Positions 50,796 through 61,313 of a stretch of 64,000 bases of DNA are shown in pieces. The position numbers and the translations under genes were made by a program. The stretch lies in the NCBI GenBank assembly GCA_031549385.1, contig JAVBPW010000001.1, positions 64,001 to 128,000 of the forward strand, given 5' to 3'. The DNA comes from Alphaproteobacteria bacterium. Its GTDB lineage: Bacteria > Pseudomonadota > Alphaproteobacteria > Rs-D84 > SZUA-605. The notes under the pieces are model-generated. The model searched no databases. It saw only the letters and a list, made by a program, of their open reading frames with translations, and was not told the origin of the DNA. How positions within the stretch are numbered: the stretch's first letter is position 1; every line of letters begins with the position of its first letter.

Positions 50796-53051
50796 ATGAA
50801 AAAAGAAGAAAAAATATCTCTTCGAATAAGAGTAAAACATTCAATAAAGCACTTCAAAAAATTTTTAGGTGATAGAATTCGAGGAATTTTATACCACGCT
50901 CTTAGGGGAATACTTAAAATAGTATTCTCTTTACTTTATAAGATACAAGTTAAAGGACTTGAAAATCTTAAAAATTTAGGAGACAGAAACGTTATGGTTT
51001 CAAATCACGTTTCATCACTTGATCCTATATTACTTGCTCTTTATTTACCAGGAAGACCTATTTTTGCTTTGAACAGAGAAGTTGCTAATAAATGGTGGGT
51101 AAGACCTGTGCTTGCTTTATCTGATGTGTTTGAAATTGATCCTACTAATTCCTTCCACATAAATACTTTGATTAAAAAAGTTAAAGAAGGAAGAAATTTA
51201 TTAATTTTCTCTGAAGGAAGAATTTCTGAAACTAATACTTTAATGAAAATTTATGAAGCACCTGGACTTATTGCTGATAAAGCTAAGGCCGATATTGTTC
51301 CTATTATGATTGATGGAGCACAACATACTCATTTTTCTAAAATGAAAGGTAAATTAACATTAAAATTATTTCCTAAACTTTCTATTACTGTTTTTGAAAA
51401 AAGAAAATTAAAATTAAAAGAAGAAGATTTAAGAACTCGACGTGATGAAATTGCTGAACAATTGTTTCACATAATGGCTGATTGTTTATTTTATTCTAAT
51501 CCTTTTATGAAACAACCTTTGTTTGAAGCTTTAGTTGAAACTGGCGGAAATTATGGAAGCCAAGGATTTCTTAGAAAAATTAATATCCTTGAAGACCAAA
51601 ATAGAAAACCTATGAGTTATGATAAACTTATAATAAGTGCACATGTACTTGGTGGAAAGTTAATTAAGAAATTTGATAAAGGTGAAATAGTTGGGTTACT
51701 TATGCCTAATACTCTTGCAACTGTTGCAGCTTTTTATGGATTCCAAGCTTATGGTATTGTTCCTGCTATGATAAATTTTTCAAGCGGTGTTGAAAATATT
51801 CTTTCCGCTTGTAAGGCTGCTAAAGTTAAAAGAATTGTTACTGCGAAAGCTTTTATTATTCAAGGTGAACTTGAGTACTTAATTGATGCTTTAAAAGAAA
51901 AAGATTTTGAAATTGTTTATTTAGAAGATATTGGAAAAACAGTTAGTACATGGGATAAAATTTATGGATTACTACTTGCTAAATTTAAAATTATTCCATC
52001 TGATGTTCGTAATACTGATCCTGCTGTTATTTTATTTACATCTGGATCTGAAGGTAAGCCTAAAGGTGTAGTTTTAAGTCACCAAAATCTTTTAGCAAAT
52101 ATTGCTCAAGTTAAATGTGCTATTTCATTTAACCAAACTGATGCATTGTTTAATGCATTGCCTATGTTCCATTCATTTGGACTTACTATTGGAACATTGT
52201 TGCCTCTTTATGTGGGGATTAAATGTTTCTTATACCCTACTCCACTTCACTATAAAGTTATTCCACAATTGTTCTATGAAATAGGAGCTACTGTTTTAAT
52301 CGGTACAGATACTTTTATGAGAGCTTATGCTGAAAATGCTCATGCCTATGATTTTTATAACATGAAATATGCTGTGCTTGGTGGTGAAAAACAAAAGAAA
52401 GAAACTACTGCAATTTATGCTGAAAAATTTGGTATGAGAATTATTGAAGGATATGGCGCAACTGAATGTTCCCCTCTTATCTCTGTTAATACACCTATGT
52501 ACTTTAAAAAAGGCTCAGTTGGAAAAGCTTGTGCTGGTATGGAATCTAAATTAAGAAAAATTGATGGAATCGATGAAGGTGGAGAATTATTAGTTAGAGG
52601 TCCAAACGTTATGCTTGGATACTTTAAGGAAAATGAACCTGGATTACTTTTACCTCCTGATAATGGTTGGTATGATACTGGTGATATTGTTGATATGGAC
52701 GAACGTGGATTTATTACTATTAAAGGACGTGCTAAAAGATTTGCTAAAATTGCAGGTGAAATGGTTTCATTAACTGCTGTTGAAGATTTGGTTAATTCTA
52801 TTTGGAGTGGTGAAGAAATTAATCATGCTGTTATTGCAGTTCCTGATGATAAAAAAGGTGAACGTTTAATACTGGTAACTAGTGCTAAAAACGCTGCTGT
52901 AGATGAAATTATTAAAGTAGGAAAAGAACGCGGTTTGAATGAACTTATGTATCCTAAGACTATTGAAATATGGGATGAAGTTCCAAAAATGCCTACTGGT
53001 AAAATAGACTATATGAAAGTTATGAATATTTATTATTCTAAACAAAAATAA
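50796..53051 (+). CDS. aas: Bifunctional 2-acyl-GPE acyltransferase / acyl-ACP synthetase
   Basis: PlsC NHVSSLD and EGR; AMP-binding FTSGSEGKPKGV, EGYGATE, WYDTGD, RFAKIAGEM. Confidence 0.92.
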   Translation: MKKEEKISLRIRVKHSIKHFKKFLGDRIRGILYHALRGILKIVFSLLYKIQVKGLENLKNLGDRNVMVSNHVSSLDPILLALYLPGRPIFALNREVANKWWVRPVLALSDVFEIDPTNSFHINTLIKKVKEGRNLLIFSEGRISETNTLMKIYEAPGLIADKAKADIVPIMIDGAQHTHFSKMKGKLTLKLFPKLSITVFEKRKLKLKEEDLRTRRDEIAEQLFHIMADCLFYSNPFMKQPLFEALVETGGNYGSQGFLRKINILEDQNRKPMSYDKLIISAHVLGGKLIKKFDKGEIVGLLMPNTLATVAAFYGFQAYGIVPAMINFSSGVENILSACKAAKVKRIVTAKAFIIQGELEYLIDALKEKDFEIVYLEDIGKTVSTWDKIYGLLLAKFKIIPSDVRNTDPAVILFTSGSEGKPKGVVLSHQNLLANIAQVKCAISFNQTDALFNALPMFHSFGLTIGTLLPLYVGIKCFLYPTPLHYKVIPQLFYEIGATVLIGTDTFMRAYAENAHAYDFYNMKYAVLGGEKQKKETTAIYAEKFGMRIIEGYGATECSPLISVNTPMYFKKGSVGKACAGMESKLRKIDGIDEGGELLVRGPNVMLGYFKENEPGLLLPPDNGWYDTGDIVDMDERGFITIKGRAKRFAKIAGEMVSLTAVEDLVNSIWSGEEINHAVIAVPDDKKGERLILVTSAKNAAVDEIIKVGKERGLNELMYPKTIEIWDEVPKMPTGKIDYMKVMNIYYSKQK

Positions 53052-53174
53052 CTAACTTGAAGGTTTGTATTAAAAAGGGTTTGATTTTTTCAAACTCTTT
53101 TTAATTTTTTTGTTCTTGCATTTGATTGAAAAACCTTTAAGATTCTTTTTGTTAATAAACAAAGGAGAAAGAAA

Positions 53175-54017
53175 ATGTATTTATCAACATGTGGAGCTAT
53201 TTGCTTAGTTGCTGGATTTGCAATTATCGCAGGCTCAAAATTATACTACCGTAAAAAAGAAAAACAAAAAGGATTTGATAAAAGTTCTACAAAACACGTG
53301 TTGTGCAGAGCTTTAGTTAAAACTATTGCTATCTTTTTAATTGCTTATGCTGCTGTTAGACCTTATATGATGGCTAATACTAACATATTGCAAGATATGA
53401 TTGTTAAAGCTCAAGAAGAAGCTTCAAAAGAACAAACAAAAAAAATAAATGACTACGTTTCTAAAAATAAAAAAGAAATGGAAGAAAATGCACCAATCGC
53501 TGGAAATCCAAATGGCGATGTAGTTATCTATGAATATTTTGACTATACATGTTCTGCATGTAAAATGGCTGAAAAATTCGTAGAAGAATTAATTGCTAAA
53601 GATAAAAACGTTAAAGTTGTTTTAAAGAACTACCCAATACGTTCATATTCTTTTGTTGCTGCTCAAGCTGCTATTGCTGCTAAAATGCAATCAAATGAAA
53701 AGGCTGCTGCATTACATAAGAAAATGATTAATGGAAATATCATACCTGCAAACTTCTCACAAAACTGGGATGAAAAAACTCAAGATAAAGAATTCAAAAG
53801 AGTTGTTTTCAACTATGCTAAAGAAGCTGGCTTAGATATCGACCAACTTGAAAAAGATATGGCTAGTGAAACAGTTATGAAAGAATTACAACAAACAAGA
53901 GTATCTGGAAATACATTCGGATTAGAAGGAACACCATTCTTTGTAATCGGAAAGAAATTCTTCCCAGGTGCATTGACAATTGATGAATTAGAAAAAGCTG
54001 TAAAACAAGCTAGATAA
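53175..54017 (+). CDS. DsbA/thioredoxin-fold disulfide oxidoreductase
   Basis: EYFDYTCSAC, GTP cis-Pro loop; N-terminal membrane anchors. Confidence 0.9.
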   Translation: MYLSTCGAICLVAGFAIIAGSKLYYRKKEKQKGFDKSSTKHVLCRALVKTIAIFLIAYAAVRPYMMANTNILQDMIVKAQEEASKEQTKKINDYVSKNKKEMEENAPIAGNPNGDVVIYEYFDYTCSACKMAEKFVEELIAKDKNVKVVLKNYPIRSYSFVAAQAAIAAKMQSNEKAAALHKKMINGNIIPANFSQNWDEKTQDKEFKRVVFNYAKEAGLDIDQLEKDMASETVMKELQQTRVSGNTFGLEGTPFFVIGKKFFPGALTIDELEKAVKQAR

Positions 54018-54121
54018 TTCTGAAGTTGAAATAATTTTAAAACTCTTCGAAAGAAGAGTTTTTTATTGTATTTTTTTTCTTTTTTTTGTATAATTACTGC
54101 AGCTATGCTGGGAGAAAATTT

Positions 54122-56017
54122 ATGGATTATCAAATATTTTTAACTTTAATTTTAATATTATTTATTACTATTATATCTGTTTCTATTTCCAAAAAATTTG
54201 GACTTGCGTCTATATTTGGATTTCTAACTTCCGGAATTTTGATTGGACCAAATGTTTTTAACCTTTTATCAAATAATCCAACTATTGAAACTTTAGGCAA
54301 TTATGGAATTGTTTTGCTTTTATTCATTATGGGATTGGAAGTTAAACCAAGTACTATTGGAAAAAATTTACGTACTGTGTTTGGTGCTGGATTTTTCCAA
54401 ATGTTTCTCTGTGCTGCTTTATTTACTGTGGGGGGAATTTTATTTAATCTAACTCTTTCTCAAGCTATTGTAGTTGGGCTTGCTTTATCTTATTGTTCTA
54501 ATGCTTTATGTATGGAATTACTTAGCCAAAGCAACAAAGTTCAATCTGATTTTGGTAAAACAGCATTTGGAATTTTATTGTTTCATAATATGATGATTAT
54601 TCCTATTTTAGCATCTATTCCAATTCTTGCTTCTGCTAAAGGAGCTACAATACTTCCCCATAACATAGTTGAAACAATTGTTGTTATCGGAATCATATTC
54701 TTATTCTTTAGATATTTATTAAATCCACTTTTGAGAATCGTTGCAAAAGTTAAGTCTCCGGAAATATTTGCTCTTTCATCTGTTGGTATTATTTTGTTTA
54801 ATACTATTGCTATTTCATTTGTAGGATTTCCATTGCCACTTGCTGGTTTTATATCTGGAATGATGCTTGCAGATTCTCAATACAGAAACCAAATACATGC
54901 TGATATTATTCCATTGAAGGGAGTGCTTCTTGGAATATTCTTTATTATGATTGGGATGAGAATAGATTTAATGTTACTTGCTATTAATTATAAATGGATT
55001 GCTATACTTGTTGCTATACTTGTGTCTGTAAAATGTATTATAACATATACTGTTTCAAGAATTATCCTAAAAAGCTCACGAGCAAATTCTTTAAAGGCTG
55101 GATTATTACTTTCTCAATCAGGGGAAGTTGCTTTAATTATATTAAGTTTAGCTAGTGTAACTTATCAATTATTATCACAATATGAAGCTCAAATATTAAT
55201 TTTAACAGCTTTAATTTCTATGTTGTTAACTCCACTTTTATTTAGCTTTATGAAATTTTTAAATATAAAAAACTTGGATAACTTACAAAACGTTGAAGAA
55301 GAAGGTTTTACAGGACATGCTATTATTGCTGGCTTTGGAAGAGTAGGACAAACTGTTGCTCACCTTTTTGATAAGCTTCATATTCCTTATTGTGCAATTG
55401 ATTTAGAACCAGATAGAGTTGAAGAAGGACGAGCTGCTGGACTTCCTATTTATTATGGAGATGCTACTCGTTATGAGATGCTAAAATCATTAGGAGCTGA
55501 TAAAGCAGCTGTTGCAGTTGTTGCGTTGGATAATACTTACCAAAATAAAAAAGTTGTTGCTGCTTTTAAAGAAAATTTTCCAAAAGTTAAAATCTTTGCA
55601 CGAGCTCGTAACCACGTTGAAGGCGAAGCTTTAAAAGAATTTGGAGTTTCTACCACAGTTCCTGAAACAACCGAATCATCATTACAACTTGCTTCTGTAG
55701 TTTTAACTCAATTAGGTGTAGGCAAAACAGATATTTTCAATGCACTTAATCAAGTTAGATATAACGATTATGAAGAATTGAAAAATATTATAGAAATAAA
55801 CTATGCAGATGCAAAAACTCCTAAACAAAGATATGAAAAGATTAATAAATCACTTGGAATAAGTAAGAAAAAGAAAATCAAGGCACCTGTGATTTATAGT
55901 GAGCAAAAAGAAGTGGCTCCTGTCAAAAAGACTGTTAAAAAAGTTGCTGTTAAGAAAAGCAAACCTAAGACAGTTAAACCTAAACAAACAATCAAAAAAA
56001 AGAAGAGTAAGAAATAA
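54122..56017 (+). CDS. CPA2 cation:proton antiporter with a TrkA-N domain (KefB/C-like)
   Basis: Multi-TM domain, GFGRVGQ, YYGDAT; Lys-rich tail. Confidence 0.9.
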   Translation: MDYQIFLTLILILFITIISVSISKKFGLASIFGFLTSGILIGPNVFNLLSNNPTIETLGNYGIVLLLFIMGLEVKPSTIGKNLRTVFGAGFFQMFLCAALFTVGGILFNLTLSQAIVVGLALSYCSNALCMELLSQSNKVQSDFGKTAFGILLFHNMMIIPILASIPILASAKGATILPHNIVETIVVIGIIFLFFRYLLNPLLRIVAKVKSPEIFALSSVGIILFNTIAISFVGFPLPLAGFISGMMLADSQYRNQIHADIIPLKGVLLGIFFIMIGMRIDLMLLAINYKWIAILVAILVSVKCIITYTVSRIILKSSRANSLKAGLLLSQSGEVALIILSLASVTYQLLSQYEAQILILTALISMLLTPLLFSFMKFLNIKNLDNLQNVEEEGFTGHAIIAGFGRVGQTVAHLFDKLHIPYCAIDLEPDRVEEGRAAGLPIYYGDATRYEMLKSLGADKAAVAVVALDNTYQNKKVVAAFKENFPKVKIFARARNHVEGEALKEFGVSTTVPETTESSLQLASVVLTQLGVGKTDIFNALNQVRYNDYEELKNIIEINYADAKTPKQRYEKINKSLGISKKKKIKAPVIYSEQKEVAPVKKTVKKVAVKKSKPKTVKPKQTIKKKKSKK

Positions 56018-56541
56018 TGAAAAAAATTTATGTTCTGTTGATTATAATTGGTGTATTTGTTTTAGACCAAGCAAGTAAGATTTTAATTTTGTTAAACTCA
56101 TTAGGCTATTTACCATTTGGTGGGGATTTACCACAAGATGGATATTTTATAGCCTATATAAATGAATTCTTTAATTTTGTTTTATCATTTAATTATGGAA
56201 TGAGTTTTTCTATGTTGTCATTTTCATCAAAGTGGTTCTTTATTATAGGAATAATATTAGTATGTACTTTGATTACTGTATGGTTACGTAATGAGAAAGA
56301 TACTAAAAGACGTATCGCTTATTCATTGATATTAGGAGGAGCTCTCGGTAATTTATTTGATCGCTTTATGTATGGGGCGGTTGTGGACTTTATAGATTTC
56401 CATGTACATCTATACCATTGGCCAACATTTAATTTAGCTGATTCATTTATTTGCTTAGGTGCATTTATATATTTACTTAGTTTTATTAAAACTAAGAAAA
56501 AAGAAACAAACAAAAAAAGGAAAATTAATGTTAGAAAATAA
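56017..56541 (+). CDS. lspA: Lipoprotein signal peptidase
   Basis: DQASK, NYGMSF, GGALGNLFDR, VVDF, FNLAD. Confidence 0.96.
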   Translation: MKKIYVLLIIIGVFVLDQASKILILLNSLGYLPFGGDLPQDGYFIAYINEFFNFVLSFNYGMSFSMLSFSSKWFFIIGIILVCTLITVWLRNEKDTKRRIAYSLILGGALGNLFDRFMYGAVVDFIDFHVHLYHWPTFNLADSFICLGAFIYLLSFIKTKKKETNKKRKINVRK

Positions 56542-57241
56542 CGCTATCGTGACAGACATAAAAGAAATAACGAAAAATATTAAAGAATTTACTGTTAAAT
56601 TAAATGTAGACGCCGAGCCTTTTAAGGCAGGACAATTTTGTGTATTAGGATTAACAAATAGTGAAGGTAAGTTTATTTCAAGATCTTATTCTATTGCTTC
56701 AAAACCATCTGTTAATACACGTGTGTTTTATATAGTACTTGTTGAAGATGGACAACTTACACCACTTTTATTTAATTTGAAAAGGGGAGATGGAATCTTT
56801 ATGTCACCTCGTGGTGCTGGTCATATGGTTTACGATCATTTTATAGATTCAAAAAATTTATTATTCTGTGCAACTGGAACTGGAATTGCACCATTTAGAT
56901 CTATACTTGATGAATATGAAGCTGATTTAAAACATAAACATATTCACCTTCTTCATGGAGTTAGATACAAGCAAGATTTAGGATATAAAGATTATTTTGA
57001 AAAATTAGAAAAGAAATATCCTAACTTTAAATATTATCCTGTTGTATCTCGTGAAGATTGGGAAGGAAAAAGAGGATATATAGTTGACCTTTTCGAAAAT
57101 GAAAAAGAAATAAAAGAATTAATTGAAGATAAAAATTTAAAAGTAATGATGTGTGGAAATCCTAAGATGGTTGAGACTACTGTTGGAATTTTAGATAAAC
57201 ATGGAATTACTGAAGATAGCATTATAAAAGAAGAGTACTAA
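56528..57241 (+). CDS. fpr: Ferredoxin--NADP reductase
   Basis: RSYSIAS, GQLTP, ATGTGIAPF, MMCGNPKM, terminal EEY. Confidence 0.92.
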   Translation: MLENNAIVTDIKEITKNIKEFTVKLNVDAEPFKAGQFCVLGLTNSEGKFISRSYSIASKPSVNTRVFYIVLVEDGQLTPLLFNLKRGDGIFMSPRGAGHMVYDHFIDSKNLLFCATGTGIAPFRSILDEYEADLKHKHIHLLHGVRYKQDLGYKDYFEKLEKKYPNFKYYPVVSREDWEGKRGYIVDLFENEKEIKELIEDKNLKVMMCGNPKMVETTVGILDKHGITEDSIIKEEY

Positions 57242-57724
57242 ATGAAAATAATTGGAATCGATCCAGGTTTAGTTAATACAGGTTGGGGTATTATAGAGGC
57301 TAATGGTAATAAATTAACTTATATTGCTGATGGAACTATTAGACCTAAACCTACTTTAGCTATGCCAGAAAGATTACTTTCTATTTATGAAGAATTAAAA
57401 AATGTTATTGAACAATATAAACCTGAAATTGCGGGACTTGAAGATACTTTTGTTTCTAAATTTCCACAATCTACATTAAAACTTGGGCAGGCAAGAGGAG
57501 TTGCACTTCTTACTCCTGCTATTTTTAATATACCCGTTAATGAATATTCACCTACTATGGTTAAGAAAGCAATTACTGGAGTTGGTAGAGCTGATAAAAA
57601 TCAAATAGATACTATGGTGAAAACTTTATTGAATATTCATGGAAAACTTTCTTCTGAGCATTCTTCTGATGCTCTTGGTATTGCTATTGCTACTAGTTTC
57701 TATAATAAGGTTTGTTGTTACTGA
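57242..57724 (+). CDS. ruvC: Holliday junction resolvase RuvC
   Basis: IGIDPG..TGWG, LGQARG, G.ADK.Q, DALGIA. Confidence 0.96.
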   Translation: MKIIGIDPGLVNTGWGIIEANGNKLTYIADGTIRPKPTLAMPERLLSIYEELKNVIEQYKPEIAGLEDTFVSKFPQSTLKLGQARGVALLTPAIFNIPVNEYSPTMVKKAITGVGRADKNQIDTMVKTLLNIHGKLSSEHSSDALGIAIATSFYNKVCCY

Positions 57725-57725
57725 T

Positions 57726-57780
57726 AACTTATTAAATTATTAAAAACAGGGTTTTTAACAATTTAATAAACTCAATAATA
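57726..57780. repeat. Dispersed palindromic repeat, copy 4
   Basis: aacttattaaattattaaaaa-caggg-tttttaacaatttaataaact-caataata. Confidence 0.85.
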
Positions 57781-57801
57781 AACACATGTATATTTAGTGT
57801 T

Positions 57802-59259
57802 TTATTTTTTTAGAATTTTTGATGGAGTGTTATCAAATTTAAATAAATCTTCTAAACATTGTCCTACATTAAATAATGTTTGTTCTTCAAAATGATTTGA
57901 ATTTAATTGCAAACCAATTGGAAGATTATCACTGTTTAATTTTAATGGGACATGAAGCCCTGGAACACCTGCTATATTTGCAGATACTGTGAATATATCA
58001 CAAGCGTATTCTTCCAATGGTGATAATTGTTTATCCAATTCAAATGCAGCTGTTGGAGTTGTCGGGCTTAATAATACATCCACTTGTTCAAAAGCTTTTT
58101 TATAATCTTGGTAAATTAAATTTCTTATCTTTGCAGCTTTAGTATAATATGCATCATAATAACCTGATGATAATACAAAAGTTCCTGTTAAGATTCTACG
58201 TTTTACTTCTTGTCCGAATCCTTGTTCCCTTGTATTACAATATATTTCATCAAGAGTATTTCCTGTTACTCTTAAACCATAACGAATTCCATCATAACGA
58301 GCTAAATTAGCTGATGCTTCTGCTGGTGCTATTATATAATATGCAGGAAGAGCATATTGTAAATTTGGTAGTGATACTTCAATTATTTCTGCGCCCTGCT
58401 CTTTTAACTTATTTGCAGCATCAACCCATAATGCTTTTATTTCAGGTGATAAACCTTCAAGGTCAGCTTCTTTTATTATTCCTACTTTTAATCCTTTTAC
58501 TGACGGATTTATTTGTTTGCTGTATTCTGAAATTTTAACGTCATAAGAAGTTGAATCCATTTTATCATGACCTGCCATGTGTTCTAATATTAATGCAGTG
58601 TCATAAACAGTTCTTCCAAAACATCCAGGGTGATCTAATGATGATGCGAAGGCAATTATTCCAAAACGAGAACATAGTCCGTATGTTGGTTTAATTCCTA
58701 CTATTCCACATAGTGATGCTGGTTGTCTTATTGATCCACCTGTATCTGTTCCTGTTGCTGCCATACATAACCCAGCGGCTACGGCAGCCGCTGATCCACC
58801 TGATGATCCACCTGGTGTTAATTTTTTATTATACGGGTTTAATACATTTCCAAAATATGAAGTTTTATTTGTTGAGCCCATTGCATATTCGTCTAAATTC
58901 AATTTGCCAAGTAAACAAATGCCTGCATCTTCTAATTTCTTTGTGATAGTTGCATCATATTGTGGAATGAAATTTTCAAGCATATGAGATGCGGCTGTAG
59001 TTCTTATGTCTTTTGTGCAAAATAAATCTTTTAATCCAAATGGAATACCTTCTAAACTTCTTGCTGTTCCATCAGCATATTTTTTGTCAGATTCTTTTGC
59101 ATCTTGTAATGCTTTTTCAAATGTTGTTGTAATATAAGCATTGATATCCATATTTTCCTTTATATGGTCAATATGAGCTTGAGTTAACTCTGTTGATGTT
59201 ATTTCTTTAGCTTTTAGCATTTGCAAAGCTTGCTTTATTGTTAAATCTGTTAATTTCAT
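57802..59259 (-). CDS. gatA: Glu-tRNA(Gln) amidotransferase subunit A
   Basis: KD, PGGSSGGSA, DTGGSIRQPA, NLARYDG. Confidence 0.98.
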   Translation of the reverse strand: MKLTDLTIKQALQMLKAKEITSTELTQAHIDHIKENMDINAYITTTFEKALQDAKESDKKYADGTARSLEGIPFGLKDLFCTKDIRTTAASHMLENFIPQYDATITKKLEDAGICLLGKLNLDEYAMGSTNKTSYFGNVLNPYNKKLTPGGSSGGSAAAVAAGLCMAATGTDTGGSIRQPASLCGIVGIKPTYGLCSRFGIIAFASSLDHPGCFGRTVYDTALILEHMAGHDKMDSTSYDVKISEYSKQINPSVKGLKVGIIKEADLEGLSPEIKALWVDAANKLKEQGAEIIEVSLPNLQYALPAYYIIAPAEASANLARYDGIRYGLRVTGNTLDEIYCNTREQGFGQEVKRRILTGTFVLSSGYYDAYYTKAAKIRNLIYQDYKKAFEQVDVLLSPTTPTAAFELDKQLSPLEEYACDIFTVSANIAGVPGLHVPLKLNSDNLPIGLQLNSNHFEEQTLFNVGQCLEDLFKFDNTPSKILKK

Positions 59260-59552
59260 TATTTCACTACCTTAGGTGTTGCAAAAAATTCTTTATTTAT
59301 ATCTGTTTGTGGAGCATTAAACAAAACTTGTTCTCTTGTTCCAAATGGAATTACTTCATCTTTTCTGGTTGGAAGAGGATTGGTAAATACGCTAAACATA
59401 GGTTCTACATTTTGAGTGTCTACTTTTTCAAGCATCGATACCCAATTCAAAATATTAGTCAAGTTATTTGATACCTCATCAATTTGGTCATCTTTTATTC
59501 CAATTCTTGATAATAGAGCTAATTTTTTTACTATTTTTTCATTTATTTCCAT
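59259..59552 (-). CDS. gatC: Asp/Glu-tRNA amidotransferase subunit C
   Basis: Start corrected to MEINEK; LALLSRI, VDT.NVEP, NAP, F..PKVV. Confidence 0.92.
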   Translation of the reverse strand: MEINEKIVKKLALLSRIGIKDDQIDEVSNNLTNILNWVSMLEKVDTQNVEPMFSVFTNPLPTRKDEVIPFGTREQVLFNAPQTDINKEFFATPKVVK

Positions 59553-59676
59553 AAGAAACCTCTTGTTTTTTTCAAATATAGGGAATTTAACATAAGTTTT
59601 TTGAAAAAACAACTTTTTTATATTGCAAAAATGCCTTTTAATTTTTATTATTAGTGGAACTAATTAAGGAGATGAG

Positions 59677-60984
59677 ATGAGAAAAATTCTATTTGTTATT
59701 TGCGCTTTTTTTACATTTAATACTTTTGCAAAAATTGACGTTGATATTGTTGGTGGGAAATTGGATCCTATTCCTATTGCTATACAACCTTTTGAAGCTG
59801 AAGCAAGTTTGGCTAAAATTGCTAATGACCTTTATACTGTTATCGGAAATGATTTAACTTACAGTGGTATGTTTAAGATTATTGATCCTGAAGCTTTTAT
59901 CAATAGAACTGATAAAGTTGGTGCTCTTCCTACTTTTAATGATTGGAAGATTATTAATGCTAATATACTTGTACAAGCAAAGATTACTAAAAAAGATTTA
60001 ACAAATATGAGAATTGAATTTTATATTTGGGACGTTGTTGAAGGAAAACAAGTTCACGCTGAAGCTTTAGTGTCTTTAAATTCTAATTGGAGACGTATGG
60101 CTCATATTATGGCTGATACTATTTATAAAGCATTAACAGGAGATTCTGGATACTTTGATTCAAGAGTTGTTTATGTTTCTGAATATGGAGACAGAACTCA
60201 TAGAATTAAAAGACTTGCTATTATGGATTGGGACGGTGAAAACCATAAATTCTTAACTGATGAAAAGACTTTAGTGCTTACACCTCGATTTGCGCCTAAT
60301 ATGCAAAAGATTGCTTTCTTGTCATACTTTAAAGAAGTTCCAAAAGTTTATACATTTGATCTTCAAACTGGAGCTCAAGATTCTTTAGGCGATTTTCCTG
60401 GTATGACTTTTGCACCTCGTTTCTCACCTGATGGAACTAAAATGCTTTTATCTCAAGAAATGAATGGAAATTCTGATATATATGAAGTTAATCTTGCTAC
60501 TAAAGAAAAGAAACGATTAACTAATCACCCTGCTATTGATACTTCACCATGTTATTCACCTGATGGAAAAAAGATTGTGTTTAACTCTGATAGAGATGGC
60601 CCGCCTTCTATCTATACTATGAATGCAGATGGAAGTGATGTTAAGCGTATTACATTTAATGCTGGGAAATATTTTACTCCTGTATGGAGCCCCCGTGGAG
60701 ATTTAATAGCATTTACTAAAATACAAGGTGGACAATTCTATATCGGTGTTGTTTTCCCTGATGGAGATGCTGAGAGAACTTTAGTTAAAAGTAATGATGT
60801 TATTGAAGGACCTTCTTGGGCACCTAATGGAAGACGTATTTTATACTTCAAAGAAGAATTAATTAATAAAGGTAAAGAAGTTAGAACAAGAATTTATAGT
60901 ATTGATCTTACTGGTTACCACCAATTTGAAGTGAAGACTCCAAAAGATGCGAGTGATCCTGCGTGGTCTCCATTACTTAAATAG
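59677..60984 (+). CDS. tolB: Tol-Pal beta-propeller protein TolB
   Basis: Signal peptide, N-domain (H.MAD.IY..LTG..GYF), PD40 repeats, terminal DPAWSP. Confidence 0.96.
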   Translation: MRKILFVICAFFTFNTFAKIDVDIVGGKLDPIPIAIQPFEAEASLAKIANDLYTVIGNDLTYSGMFKIIDPEAFINRTDKVGALPTFNDWKIINANILVQAKITKKDLTNMRIEFYIWDVVEGKQVHAEALVSLNSNWRRMAHIMADTIYKALTGDSGYFDSRVVYVSEYGDRTHRIKRLAIMDWDGENHKFLTDEKTLVLTPRFAPNMQKIAFLSYFKEVPKVYTFDLQTGAQDSLGDFPGMTFAPRFSPDGTKMLLSQEMNGNSDIYEVNLATKEKKRLTNHPAIDTSPCYSPDGKKIVFNSDRDGPPSIYTMNADGSDVKRITFNAGKYFTPVWSPRGDLIAFTKIQGGQFYIGVVFPDGDAERTLVKSNDVIEGPSWAPNGRRILYFKEELINKGKEVRTRIYSIDLTGYHQFEVKTPKDASDPAWSPLLK

Positions 60985-61034
60985 TATTTACTGTAACAGT
61001 AAATACTCCCAAACTAGTTTTGGGATTTTTTTAT

Positions 61035-61094
61035 AACCTATTAAATTATTAAAAACAGGGTTTTTAACAATTTAACAGGTTTAATAACAATAAT
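61035..61094. repeat. Dispersed palindromic repeat, copy 5
   Basis: aacctattaaattattaaaaa-caggg-tttttaacaatttaacaggtt-taataacaataat. Confidence 0.85.
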
Positions 61095-61114
61095 ATTATT
61101 TAAATTGGTTATTT

Positions 61115-61312
61115 TTATATTTTTGGATATTTTTCTTTTATTGATTTTTGTTTCTCAATAAATTTTTCAATTCCATTTTCTATTATAAATTCTAATTGCT
61201 CTGATGGAGAACCATATTCTTTTGATCTTTTTTCAAAATATGTTTCTTCTTGAGATAAAGGAGCTTTTGGCTCTTCAATTTTTTCTAATATTCCGTTTGT
61301 AAATTTATACAT
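61115..61312 (-). CDS. Small phage tail-fibre-associated (chaperone-like) protein
   Basis: R..EY.S..EQL...(x)n..IKEKYPK C-terminus, a pattern seen in small genes downstream of phage tail fibres; starts 1 nt after the upstream stop. Confidence 0.55.
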   Translation of the reverse strand: MYKFTNGILEKIEEPKAPLSQEETYFEKRSKEYGSPSEQLEFIIENGIEKFIEKQKSIKEKYPKI

Positions 61313-61313
61313 T

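Noticed and set aside
55860-56017. Lys-rich C-terminal tails (KefC-like protein, L17, L22, LspA, LOG)
   Set aside because: Likely a by-product of AT bias and low-complexity drift; no shared motif.
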